Of a stretch of 64,000 nucleotides of DNA, positions 53,854-63,159 are shown piece by piece. Made by a program: the position numbers and the translations under genes. This DNA is from an uncultured Rhizobiaceae bacterium (lineage in GTDB: Bacteria; Pseudomonadota; Alphaproteobacteria; UBA828): positions 18,722-82,721 of the forward strand of contig CAZUXZ010000133.1 in assembly GCA_964624055.1 (NCBI GenBank), given 5' to 3'. The notes beneath the pieces were generated by a model, which did no database searches, had not been told where the DNA came from, and saw nothing but the letters and a program-made list of their open reading frames with translations. Every line of letters begins with the position of its first letter. Position 1 is the stretch's first letter.

Positions 53854-54531
53854 ATGCTAAGTGTTGTGATTCCAACCCTCGAATCGGCGTCCACCCTTGC
53901 TGAGACCTTGTGCGCTTTGGAGGCAGATCTTTCGGAGAGGGAAAATGAGGTGATTGTCGCCGATGGCGGGTCGGCAGATACCACCCTGGCCGTCGCCGAG
54001 GCGAGCGGCGCCGTGATTGTCTCCGCCCCGCGCGGGCGGGGACAGCAATTGGCTGCGGGCGCTCAAGCAGCAAAAGGCGATTGGCTGCTTTTCCTCCATG
54101 CCGATACGAGGCTCGGTATGGGCTGGCTTGTTGAGGCTGAGCGTTTCATGACCTTGGCAGAGAACGACACCTGTGCCGGCGTTTTTCGCCTGTCTTTTGC
54201 GGATGACGCGCGGGCTGCGCGGCGACTGGAAGCGGTCGCGGCGTGGCGCGCTCGGGCGCTTGGTCTACCCTATGGAGATCAGGGATTGCTCATAAGCCGG
54301 CGTTTCTATGATGTGCTCGGCGGCTACCGGCCGCTCGCGCTGATGGAGGATGTCGATCTGGCGCGCCGCATCGGCAGACGGCGTATTCATCATTTCAAGG
54401 CGGTAGCGCTAACCTCGGCGACACGCTATCAGCGTGCCGGATATGTTCGGCGCTCGGCACGCAATCTCTCTTGCCTCGTACTTTATTTTCTTGGCGTTGA
54501 TGCGCGTCTTCTGGTGCGGCTTTACGGCTGA
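53854..54531 (+). CDS. Family 2 glycosyltransferase (rSAM-associated transferase-2-like)
   Basis: GT-A fold N-terminus (SVVIPTLESASTL...VADGGSADTT) and a DxD-like region (FLHADT), 225 aa. Its TGA overlaps the ATG of the next gene (TGATG). Confidence 0.7.
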   Translation: MLSVVIPTLESASTLAETLCALEADLSERENEVIVADGGSADTTLAVAEASGAVIVSAPRGRGQQLAAGAQAAKGDWLLFLHADTRLGMGWLVEAERFMTLAENDTCAGVFRLSFADDARAARRLEAVAAWRARALGLPYGDQGLLISRRFYDVLGGYRPLALMEDVDLARRIGRRRIHHFKAVALTSATRYQRAGYVRRSARNLSCLVLYFLGVDARLLVRLYG

Positions 54532-55142
54532 TGGCGCGTACACTAATGATCTTTGTCAAGGCACCGCGTCTCGGTCAGGTCAAGCGCCGACTCGCGCGCG
54601 ATATCGGCCAGGCCGAAGCCTGGCAATACTACCGTCGCACGGCGCGGCAGCTCGTCCGCTGCCTCTCGAGTGATCCGCGGTGGCAGAGTTATCTGATGGT
54701 GACGCCGGACGATTTCGATGGGCGCGCGCGGTTTTGGCCGCATGCCTGTGCGGTGATTAAGCAGGGGCGCGGCAATCTCGGCGAACGCATGCGACGCGCA
54801 TTTCGTGCCAGCCCACCGGGCCCCGCCGTGCTGGTCGGCAGCGATATTCCTGATCTCGCTCCCCGCCATATCGCCGAGGCTTTTGATGCACTTGGCTGCC
54901 ATGACGCGGTGTTCGGACCGGCGAAGGATGGGGGCTATTGGCTGGTCGGTCTCAACATGCGTGCGCGCTGCGCTGATCCGTTTGCCGATGTCGCTTGGTC
55001 GACCCCGCGCGCGTTGGCCGAGACATGGGCTAATTTGCCGAAGAGCTATTCTGTTTTTATGCTGGAGAAGCTTAGCGATATAGATGTCGGCGCCGATTAT
55101 TTGCGCTGGCGCGATCGCCGCCGACGGACGGATATAAACTGA
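54531..55142 (+). CDS. DUF2064 protein (CofC/MobA-like nucleotidyltransferase fold, rSAM-associated transferase-1-like)
   Basis: N-terminus LMIFVKAPRLGQVKRRLA is typical of DUF2064, 203 aa. It is translationally coupled to the preceding GT2 gene. Confidence 0.7.
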   Translation: MARTLMIFVKAPRLGQVKRRLARDIGQAEAWQYYRRTARQLVRCLSSDPRWQSYLMVTPDDFDGRARFWPHACAVIKQGRGNLGERMRRAFRASPPGPAVLVGSDIPDLAPRHIAEAFDALGCHDAVFGPAKDGGYWLVGLNMRARCADPFADVAWSTPRALAETWANLPKSYSVFMLEKLSDIDVGADYLRWRDRRRRTDIN

Positions 55143-55435
55143 AATGCGGAAATGGCGATAATGGCAATCCCACGGGCTACAAATTTGTTAGCTAATGCGG
55201 CAAGGCGGTCTTCGTCGCCTAAGGTATTGAGAAAGTGCCGGAGGGTAGTTTTTGCCGAGCCTTCGGCTGGCCGCTCGGCGGCGTTGGCGGACCCGATGGG
55301 TCGGAAATAAATCTGAGCTACCTTACTGATCACTGATCTCACAATTTTTTCCCACTCTTTGAACCGCTCATCAAGGAGGAAGCCTACGCGCTCCTCAACC
55401 GCTATTTCGGGACCGATGATACCCTGGCCGAGCAT
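55097..55435 (-). CDS. Hypothetical protein (low GC, atypical codon usage)
   Basis: 112-aa ORF with no recognisable domain. Its 3' end overlaps the DUF2064 gene 3' end by 46 nt. No obvious Shine-Dalgarno. Local GC is about 50% against about 60% in the flanks. Confidence 0.3.
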   Translation of the reverse strand: MLGQGIIGPEIAVEERVGFLLDERFKEWEKIVRSVISKVAQIYFRPIGSANAAERPAEGSAKTTLRHFLNTLGDEDRLAALANKFVARGIAIIAISAFQFISVRRRRSRQRK

Positions 55436-55691
55436 TGTGGTGGCTCAGTCGACAAGCATATAAGCGATGAGGTGGAATCCGAGCGCTAAACCGCTCTACT
55501 CAAAAATTGTGCAAGCGAGGAGTTGATTCTATGGAGCGACTATTAGGTCGCCTGGAGCTGCGCGCTTGCCGCTTGGGGGCGGGGTACGAACACTTAGGAC
55601 GAATTGCGCCGTCTATTTTCAGAGGAGCAGAAAATACGCCTAGGAATCACAATTCCTGGTGTCTAGCGGAAGCTGGCGGTGACCTAACGTC

Positions 55692-56084
55692 TCAGGCGAT
55701 CGCGATGCATTCAATCTCGATATCGAATTCCATCGGCCATGACGACATGGCGACAAAAGTGCGCGCTGGAGGCTTGTCCGGGAAGTAGCATCGGTAAATT
55801 TCGTTGATGACTTTGAAATAAGCGGCATTGGTGACGAAGACGTTCGTTTTTACCACCTTATCGAGGGACGAGCCGGCACTCTCCAGCGCGTATTGGATAT
55901 TCTTCAGAACCTGCTCGGTCTGGATCTCGATATCGCCACGGAGCATGACGGCGTTCTCGAGATCGAGTGGGGGAATGCCGGAGACGAACAAGAATTCTCC
56001 GGCCTTCACCACCGGCGAAAGCGGCACGCCGACCTGATCAAGCAGTTCCGACAATTTCGGAATGTGGATGATTTCCTTTTCCAT
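55692..56084 (-). CDS. ridA: RidA family protein (YjgF/TdcF, reactive-intermediate deaminase)
   Basis: 130 aa with RidA/chorismate-mutase-like fold motifs (NVFVTNAAYFKVINEIY...P.ARTFVAMSS...IEIE). Confidence 0.85.
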   Translation of the reverse strand: MEKEIIHIPKLSELLDQVGVPLSPVVKAGEFLFVSGIPPLDLENAVMLRGDIEIQTEQVLKNIQYALESAGSSLDKVVKTNVFVTNAAYFKVINEIYRCYFPDKPPARTFVAMSSWPMEFDIEIECIAIA

Positions 56085-56176
56085 GTGTCTCTCCTGATAT
56101 TCGATTTAGACGATGGTGGAATTTCATCTCAGGAATCGTTGCAATTCAAGCGCCAAAGGTAGCCACAAATAATGTG

Positions 56177-56196
56177 CCCGGCGCGTCAACGCCGGG
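56177..56196 (-). terminator. Candidate intrinsic terminator after moaB
   Basis: Perfect 7-bp stem CCCGGCG / CGCCGGG with a 6-nt loop. On the minus strand it is followed by ACATTATTTGT. It lies about 70 nt downstream of the moaB stop and before ridA. Confidence 0.35.
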
Positions 56197-56264
56197 TGCT
56201 TCTCTGGTTTGCGTGCTATCGGCGCGGTCAGGCGAAGGGATTCGGAATATTGATATAGGCCGGT

Positions 56265-56798
56265 TTAGAGATGCTCTAATAGGCGCGGCATTAACTCAAC
56301 TAGGTTGCACGGCTTGTGGCGGGCATCGAGTTGGGATTTAAGGATCTTGTCCCAGCCGTCGCGGCAGGCGCCGGGCGAGCCGGGCAGAGCGAATAGATAG
56401 GTGCCGCCAGCGAGGCCGCCCGTGGCGCGTGACTGCATGGTCGAGGTACCGATGATGTCGTAGCTTAAATGGCGGAACAGCTCTCCGAAGCCGCTGATCT
56501 CTTTGTCATAGACTTCTGCGAAGGCTTCCGGTGTGACGTCGCGTCCGGTGAGCCCGGTGCCGCCTGTGGCGATGACGACGTCGATGTCCGCGTCCGCGAT
56601 CCAGGCGCGCAGTTGCTCGGCGATTCGTGCCTGTTCGTCCTTGACGATGTTGCGTGCTACCAGGATGTGGCCCGCTTCGTTGATTCGCGCTTCGAGTAAG
56701 TTGCCGGATTTATCGTTGGCGAGTTGGCGCGTATCCGAAACCGTCATCAGCGCAATGTTGACCGGCAGAAAGTCGCGTTGTCCCGTGATCTTACTCAT
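56265..56798 (-). CDS. moaB: Molybdenum cofactor biosynthesis protein B (MoaB/MogA family)
   Basis: ATGGTGLTGRDVTPEA motif of the MoaB/MogA fold. Internal Met at 56798 (MSKITGQ...) gives about 177 aa. The track ORF is extended to 57095 into slt. Confidence 0.8.
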   Translation of the reverse strand: MSKITGQRDFLPVNIALMTVSDTRQLANDKSGNLLEARINEAGHILVARNIVKDEQARIAEQLRAWIADADIDVVIATGGTGLTGRDVTPEAFAEVYDKEISGFGELFRHLSYDIIGTSTMQSRATGGLAGGTYLFALPGSPGACRDGWDKILKSQLDARHKPCNLVELMPRLLEHL

Positions 56799-58674
56799 GG
56801 CTCGCGAAGCTCCTTTCCTGTGCCGCGTAATGAGGCCACAGACCGGAGGCAGTGGCGTCGAGGGATGGCGTTGCTTGGCCGAGGCGCATGCGGTAGATCC
56901 AGTAATTCGTCGCCACTCGCTCGATGAAATTGCGCGTCTCGCGCGAGCGGATACTCTCAATGAAGAGCAGAGGGTCGCCGGCGAAATTCGCCTTCTGCTT
57001 CCACTTTTTGAGATTCCCCGGACCGGCATTATAGGCGCAGAGCAAATAGAACAGATTACCATCGACCCTATCATGCTCAAGGAGGTGGTGCACATACGAT
57101 TGACCTAGAGCGATGTTGAGCTCGGGGTTTAGCAAAGTATGGCGGTCGACACCCTTGATACCCTCGCGCCGGGCGGCAAAGCGCGCGGTTCGCGGCATAA
57201 GCTGCATCAACCCGCGCGCGCCCAGCGGGCTCTTTGCGGTGGTTCGGAATTTTGATTCCTGGCGAATTAGCGCGAAGATCAGCGCCCGGTCAACCTGGTA
57301 GCCCCCTTCGGGTTGCCAATTGGGCTCGGGATAGTCCGCCGCGTCGTGCGGTTCGTCCTCGATTTTTCGCAGTTGCACGCCTATGGCGAGTTGCGCCCGG
57401 GCGAGGCCGAGATGCTCGGCGAGCGGCAGGAGGGCGGCGATCAGCAACGGATTGGCGTGCGGCCAAAGCGTCGAAACTTCCCTCGCTGCCCGCTTGCTTT
57501 CACCTACTTCGGCGAGGGCGCGGGCGCGACGCGCTGGCCGGCTCTTGTTGAGCTCTGCTATATGTGCCTGCGTCAGAATTGAGGAACTCCAATTCAGATT
57601 TGGGTCGAGGCCGAGGGCGCGGGTTGCTAGCAATCCGTAAAAGGTGCGCGGCTCTTCGGCGGCGAGCTTCAGCCAATAAGTGACATATTGGGGTCGGCGT
57701 AGGCGAAGTTCTGAGCGCGCCGCCCAATAGGCGCCTGAAGCGACCATCCAAGGTGAGGCGGTCTTGGACACCGCGAGCCTGGCGAAATGGCTGACGGCCT
57801 CTTCCAGCTGGCCGAGCCGCCAGGCTGCGAGGCCCGCGGTCCAGTCGACATCGGGAAGCAGCTTGCGCGAACGCTTGGCGCTGTCGGCGGCGAGATCGTA
57901 GGCAAGCCTGTCCTTGTTGTGGAGGTAATAGCTCCAGGCGATACGCGCCTGATATTCATCGAATTGCGCCGCACTAGCGAGGCCAAGATGGGATTTTGAG
58001 GTGAGAATTTCGCGCGCACCGGTTGGCCAACCACGGCGAACACGCCAGCGCATGTCGCGCCGCAGCTTGGCGAGCTTGCCGCGCTGTGCCCGTGTGATGT
58101 CACGCCCGCGGATTTGCGGCGGTACATAGGTTTCCTCGCCATTATGCAGCGAGATGTTCGATGACGGGATCGGTTGGTGCGGTCGCGTAGCGCTGCCAGG
58201 GCGGCGTTTCATCGCCAGGCGGTAGAGCCGGCGCGCGTCAGGATGGTCGGCAAATTCGGCGAGCCAGAGTTTAAGTTCGCCATATTTTGATCGATGCGCC
58301 GTGGGGTGGAGATATTTCTGCGCCAGCACATGGCCCATCAGGATCTTGTCGTCAAGCTTGGTGATAATCTTAGCAGCGGCCTTTAGTTTCCCGGTTTCCT
58401 GCAACCCGAAAATCTTTCGATAGCGCTCCTGGTCGGCCTCGCTTAGCACCGGCGGCAGGCTGAGCGCGGCGGGCCCGGGCTCGGCATCCGGCGACACGGT
58501 GGCGATTCGGTATTCCGTTCCGCCCGATTCTATGTTCTTCTGTTCTTGCGCGAGGGCTGGAACTCCTTGCAATAGCGTCACAACCGCCAGACAAGTGCCC
58601 AGCAAAAAGCTTAGCTTCTTGAAAAAAGCTTCCCCCGCGCCGGTTTTACCCGGCACCTCTGTTTTCTCCTTCAT
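56791..58674 (-). CDS. slt: Soluble lytic murein transglycosylase (Slt family)
   Basis: Signal peptide, a long superhelical N-terminal region and a C-terminal SLT domain (ARGLMQLMP...AYNAGPGNL), 627 aa. Confidence 0.85.
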   Translation of the reverse strand: MKEKTEVPGKTGAGEAFFKKLSFLLGTCLAVVTLLQGVPALAQEQKNIESGGTEYRIATVSPDAEPGPAALSLPPVLSEADQERYRKIFGLQETGKLKAAAKIITKLDDKILMGHVLAQKYLHPTAHRSKYGELKLWLAEFADHPDARRLYRLAMKRRPGSATRPHQPIPSSNISLHNGEETYVPPQIRGRDITRAQRGKLAKLRRDMRWRVRRGWPTGAREILTSKSHLGLASAAQFDEYQARIAWSYYLHNKDRLAYDLAADSAKRSRKLLPDVDWTAGLAAWRLGQLEEAVSHFARLAVSKTASPWMVASGAYWAARSELRLRRPQYVTYWLKLAAEEPRTFYGLLATRALGLDPNLNWSSSILTQAHIAELNKSRPARRARALAEVGESKRAAREVSTLWPHANPLLIAALLPLAEHLGLARAQLAIGVQLRKIEDEPHDAADYPEPNWQPEGGYQVDRALIFALIRQESKFRTTAKSPLGARGLMQLMPRTARFAARREGIKGVDRHTLLNPELNIALGQSYVHHLLEHDRVDGNLFYLLCAYNAGPGNLKKWKQKANFAGDPLLFIESIRSRETRNFIERVATNYWIYRMRLGQATPSLDATASGLWPHYAAQERSFASHE

Positions 58675-58753
58675 CAGTGACTTTAGCCAAATTCGCGTCA
58701 GAACTTATATGACAAGTGACGGGTTCCGGCAATCGCCGGGTGAGCGCAAGCCC

Positions 58754-59536
58754 TTAAGAACTCAGCTCTTCGAGCTTTTTCTGCACTGCCAGTAAATCGT
58801 GCCACACTTCGCGTTTGGCAGTAGGCTGGCGCAGCAAATAGGCCGGGTGAAAGGTTGCCATTGTCGCCACCGGATCGGCAAGACCGGCAGGGGTGAATTC
58901 GCGCCAAGTGCCACGAAGGCGGGTGATTCCTTGTTTCTCATTCAAGAGCGACTTGGCCGAGATACCGCCCACTAGCAGGAGAACGCACGGGCGCACCAGC
59001 GCAATTTGGCGTTCGATCAAGGGCTGGCAGAGGGCTATTTCTTCCGCCGTCGGCGAACGATTGCCCGGCGGCCGCCAGGGCAAGATGTTGCTGACATAGA
59101 CCGCCCGGCGCTCGAGGCTGATTGCGGCTAGCATCTGGTCGAGCAATTGCCCGGCAGGGCCTACGAATGGAAGACCCTGGCGATCTTCTTCCGCACCGGG
59201 CGCCTCGCCGATCACCATCAGTGCGGCATTCTTGTCTCCGCTGCCCACCACTGTGTTAGTCGCCGTGCGTTTGAGGGCGCAGCCGTCGAAAACGGTGATC
59301 GCAGCCCGCAACTCGGCGAGCGTCTCGCTACCGGCGGCAATTTCGCTGGTGGCCCGGTATTGCTCGCGCGTGGTTGCCAGGGGCGCCGACGATTTGCCCG
59401 CTGACACCGGTGCTGTTACGGGCTTACGAGGGGATGTTGCCTGGAAGCGGTCACGCGGCTCGGCGTCGGTCACCTCGCCAATCCCGGCTGCGACATACCA
59501 GTTCAAGAGTGCGCGCATGTATTCTGTTTGGTTCAC
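58754..59536 (-). CDS. Uracil-DNA glycosylase superfamily protein, family 4 type, with an N-terminal extension of about 90 aa
   Basis: Family-4 motifs [23 protein letters not shown] and a C-terminal HPAYLLR. The extra N-terminal region precedes the core domain. Confidence 0.8.
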   Translation of the reverse strand: MNQTEYMRALLNWYVAAGIGEVTDAEPRDRFQATSPRKPVTAPVSAGKSSAPLATTREQYRATSEIAAGSETLAELRAAITVFDGCALKRTATNTVVGSGDKNAALMVIGEAPGAEEDRQGLPFVGPAGQLLDQMLAAISLERRAVYVSNILPWRPPGNRSPTAEEIALCQPLIERQIALVRPCVLLLVGGISAKSLLNEKQGITRLRGTWREFTPAGLADPVATMATFHPAYLLRQPTAKREVWHDLLAVQKKLEELSS

Positions 59537-59634
59537 ACGTTAAGACTAGCAGATCGGCATGGGCGTGCCAGCAATTGACCGAGCGCATGCTTCGCCGCAT
59601 AACTGAGCTAATTGGACAGGCGCGGGAACGCATC

Positions 59635-61275
59635 ATGCAACGGGAATCGATGGAATATGACGTGATAGTCGTTGGCGCTGGCCCTGCAGGCTTGGCGGCG
59701 GCGATCCGTCTCAAGCAACTCGCCGCAGAGCGCAGTCACGAGATCAGCGTCACGGTACTCGAGAAGGGCTCTGAAGTTGGCGCGCATATTCTCTCCGGCG
59801 CGGTGTTCGAACCGCGCGCCCTTAACGAATTGATTCCGGACTGGAAGGAAAAAGGTGCGCCCTTGGAGACGCCGGTCACGGAGGATGTGTTCCTGTTTCT
59901 CAAGAGTGCGAGCGCCTTCAAGTTGCCCAATTTCCTGCTGCCGCCGCAGATGCACAACAAGGGAAACTACATCCTTAGCCTTGGCAATTTATGCCGCTGG
60001 CTTGCAGCACAGGCGGAAGAACTCGGCGTGGAGATCTATCCCGGCTTCGCCGCCAAGGAAGTGCTTTATCATGAGGACGGAAGAGTCAGAGGCGTTGCCA
60101 CCGGCGACATGGGCATCGCCAAGGATGGCAGCGAAAAGCCGAGCTTCGAACCGGGCATCGAGCTCCATGCCAAATATACCCTCTTTGCCGAGGGTGCGCG
60201 CGGCTCACTCAGCGAGGAGCTGATGGCGCATTATAACCTGCGTGCCGGAATCCAACCGCAGACCTATGGAATTGGCATCAAGGAATTGTGGCAGATCGAC
60301 AAGGCAAAGCATCGTGTTGGCCTGGTGCAGCATAGCTTCGGCTGGCCGCTTGATTCGAAAACCTATGGCGGCACCTTTCTCTACCACCTGGAAGAAGACT
60401 TAGTAGCCCTCGGCCTGGTCATCGCGCTCGATTATCAAAACCCTTATCTCTCTCCGTTCGAAGAGTTCCAGCGGGTCAAGACCCACCCCTCGATCGCCCG
60501 ATATCTCAAAGGCGGCACGCGCGTTGCCTATGGGGCGCGCGCGATCAACGAGGGCGGTTTGCAATCGATCCCAAAATTAACCTTTCCCGGTGGTGCACTG
60601 ATTGGGTGCAGCGCTGGCTTTCTAAATGTGCCGAAAATCAAGGGTAGCCATAATGCTATGAAATCCGGCATGGCGGCTGCCGAGGCAGCCTTCGACAGCA
60701 TTGCCGGCGGCTCCGACGGCGAGGCGGAACTTACTGGCTACACCAAGGCCATGCGCCGCTCCTGGACCTTCAAGGAACTCAAGGAGGTGCGCAATTGCCG
60801 CCCGGCTTTTCGTTGGGGCCTCTTTGCTGGCACATTGATCAGCGGCCTTGAGCTGTGGACCCGCGGCATGCTGCCCTGGACCCTCGGCCATCACGAAGAT
60901 CATAAGAGTCTGAAGCTCGCCAGCAATAGCCGCAGGATTGACTATCCTAAGCCGGACGGTGAGCTCACTTTCGACAAGCTTTCCTCGGTGTTCATCTCCA
61001 ATACTAATCACGAGGAAGATCAGCCGGCTCATCTGCAATTGAAGGACTCTGTAGTCCCGGTGGCACATAATTTAGAACACTATGACGCACCAGAGCAGCG
61101 TTATTGCCCAGCCGGGGTGTATGAGATCGTCGAGGAGAAGAACGGCGTGCCCAGTTTACAGATAAACGCGCAAAACTGCGTCCATTGCAAAACCTGCGAT
61201 ATTAAGGACCCGACCCAGAACATCCATTGGACTGTACCCGAAGGTGGCGGAGGGCCAAATTACCCCAACATGTGA
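59635..61275 (+). CDS. Electron-transfer flavoprotein:ubiquinone oxidoreductase (ETF-QO)
   Basis: FAD Rossmann [16 protein letters not shown]-terminal 4Fe-4S ferredoxin-like cysteines (CPAGVYE...[12 protein letters not shown]). The track ORF starts at 59374, antisense to the UDG gene. The ATG at 59635 (MQRESMEYD) is more plausible. Confidence 0.85.
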   Translation: MQRESMEYDVIVVGAGPAGLAAAIRLKQLAAERSHEISVTVLEKGSEVGAHILSGAVFEPRALNELIPDWKEKGAPLETPVTEDVFLFLKSASAFKLPNFLLPPQMHNKGNYILSLGNLCRWLAAQAEELGVEIYPGFAAKEVLYHEDGRVRGVATGDMGIAKDGSEKPSFEPGIELHAKYTLFAEGARGSLSEELMAHYNLRAGIQPQTYGIGIKELWQIDKAKHRVGLVQHSFGWPLDSKTYGGTFLYHLEEDLVALGLVIALDYQNPYLSPFEEFQRVKTHPSIARYLKGGTRVAYGARAINEGGLQSIPKLTFPGGALIGCSAGFLNVPKIKGSHNAMKSGMAAAEAAFDSIAGGSDGEAELTGYTKAMRRSWTFKELKEVRNCRPAFRWGLFAGTLISGLELWTRGMLPWTLGHHEDHKSLKLASNSRRIDYPKPDGELTFDKLSSVFISNTNHEEDQPAHLQLKDSVVPVAHNLEHYDAPEQRYCPAGVYEIVEEKNGVPSLQINAQNCVHCKTCDIKDPTQNIHWTVPEGGGGPNYPNM

Positions 61276-61374
61276 AGTTGAGCACGCGCTAGGATGTGAA
61301 CGAAAGCGCAGCCAAGGGGTCGTTGGCGACAGCGTGAGAGATAAGTTAAAGTATGCTGGAAATCGGGGCCGGAA

Positions 61375-63159
61375 ATGTTTGCGCGGCACAGTTTCTTCAA
61401 GGTGTCACTCATGGCGATGACATATCCCTTCCGGTTATGGTTAACATCAGCGCTTGGCTTTTGTGCTGCGCTGACTATGGCGGGCGCCTTCACCGCGGCA
61501 GCGGAGTTGCCGCCTGATCCGGCACCGCCTAAGCCGCATAGCGAAATTCAAAGCTATAGCGGTTTTTCCGGCAATTATCTCGCCGGCCGCTTCGCCTATC
61601 GCCAGCGCGACATCACCTCGGCAACTGATTTTTACCTCAAGGTTCTGAAGAAGGATGCCAAGAACCGCTCTCTGGTCCAGCGTGCCCTGTTACTCACAGC
61701 ACAGGATGGGCGCATTGATCAGGCTATTCCTCTGGCCCGGCAATTGGTGGCGCTCGACCCGGGTTCAAAAATTAGCCATTTGGTTCTGATCGTCGACGCC
61801 GTGGCCGACGGCCGTCTCAACGATGTGTTGGCGCGAGTGATGAGCATTGAGCGTAACGGCATATACGAATTGATGGCGCCCATTCTGGAGGGCTGGCTGA
61901 AACTAGAACGTGGCGATTTCGAGGCTGCCCTCGCCGCGATTGAGCCCATCGCAACGAAGCAGGCGTTTAAGATGTATCACGCTTATCACGTCGCGCTGAT
62001 GGCAAGTATCTCCGGCCGTGAAGATATTGCCGAGGACAATTTTCGTCTCGCCATGACGGCTGTGCCTGGCGGCACCTTGCGTGTGATTAGCGTCTATTCT
62101 AACTTCTTGCTGCGTGACGGGCGATACGAAGAGGCGGTGGCGCTCTATGAGGGGTTCCGCAAGCACAACCCGGATTCACCCTGGCTCGACTCTATCTTTG
62201 GTACCATCAAGGAGACAATCCGTCCGGATCACGTTGTCCCCAACGCTCAGGCGGGTATGGCGGAGGCACTGTTTGGCGCGGCGAGCGCACTGCCTAACGA
62301 AACCGCTGGAGATACCGGCCTGATATACGCTCATCTCGCACTTCATCTGCGCCCGGATTTTCCGATCGTAGAGCTATTGGTTGGCGAAATTCTCGATTCA
62401 ATGGGGCGGTACGACGCCGCAATCAAGACTTATAGCGGAATTGCCAAGGAAAGCCCTTATTCCTGGTCGGCGCGTTTGCGGGCCGCTGCTGACTTAGCGA
62501 GTGTCGAGCGGGTAGACGAGTCGGTGTTAATTCTCGGTGAGATGGTTGTTGAAAATCCGCAGCGCTCGGATGCTGCCATTGCATTGGCCGACGTGCTACG
62601 CCGCAATGAGCGCTTTGAGGAAGCAGTTTCTTACTATGACACTGCCATCGCGCGCACCGAGGCGATAGAAGCGCGCCACTGGTCGCTGTATTATTCGCGT
62701 GGAGTCACTTTGGAGCGCATTGATCAATGGTCGCGCGCCGAGGCAGATTTTCTCAAGGCGCTGGAATTACAGCCTGATCAGCCGCTGGTACTAAACTACC
62801 TCGGTTATTCCTGGGTCGAGCAAGGCATCAATCTGGAATACGCCTTGGAGCTGATTGAGCGCGCCGTGACGCTACGCCCGACCGACGGATATATCATCGA
62901 TAGCCTGGGCTGGGCGTTCTACCGGCTAGGCGATTTCAAAAACGCGGTCAAGCATCTCGAACGCGCGGTAGAGCTGCGCGCCGACGATCCGATTATTACC
63001 GACCATCTCGGTGATATCTATTGGCGCGTCGGGCGCGAGCTAGAGGCGCGCTTCCAGTGGGAGCGTGCGCTAGTGCTTGGCGCCGCGGAGGACGCGGCGG
63101 TTCTCATTCGACAAAAGCTGGAAGAGGGCCTTGCGGATATCGAAGAAGAGACACCGTGA
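61375..63159 (+). CDS. Tetratricopeptide-repeat protein with signal peptide
   Basis: Hydrophobic leader, then repeated TPR-like 34-aa helical units across 594 aa. Confidence 0.7.
   Translation: MFARHSFFKVSLMAMTYPFRLWLTSALGFCAALTMAGAFTAAAELPPDPAPPKPHSEIQSYSGFSGNYLAGRFAYRQRDITSATDFYLKVLKKDAKNRSLVQRALLLTAQDGRIDQAIPLARQLVALDPGSKISHLVLIVDAVADGRLNDVLARVMSIERNGIYELMAPILEGWLKLERGDFEAALAAIEPIATKQAFKMYHAYHVALMASISGREDIAEDNFRLAMTAVPGGTLRVISVYSNFLLRDGRYEEAVALYEGFRKHNPDSPWLDSIFGTIKETIRPDHVVPNAQAGMAEALFGAASALPNETAGDTGLIYAHLALHLRPDFPIVELLVGEILDSMGRYDAAIKTYSGIAKESPYSWSARLRAAADLASVERVDESVLILGEMVVENPQRSDAAIALADVLRRNERFEEAVSYYDTAIARTEAIEARHWSLYYSRGVTLERIDQWSRAEADFLKALELQPDQPLVLNYLGYSWVEQGINLEYALELIERAVTLRPTDGYIIDSLGWAFYRLGDFKNAVKHLERAVELRADDPIITDHLGDIYWRVGRELEARFQWERALVLGAAEDAAVLIRQKLEEGLADIEEETP

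Noticed and set aside
55507-55788. 93-aa plus-strand ORF
   Set aside because: Its 3' third is antisense to ridA. No recognisable features.
56791-56798. Apparent 8-nt overlap between slt 3' end and moaB 5' end as a possible gene fusion or frameshift
   Set aside because: A short same-strand overlap with separate frames is common operon architecture. Both proteins have complete independent domains.
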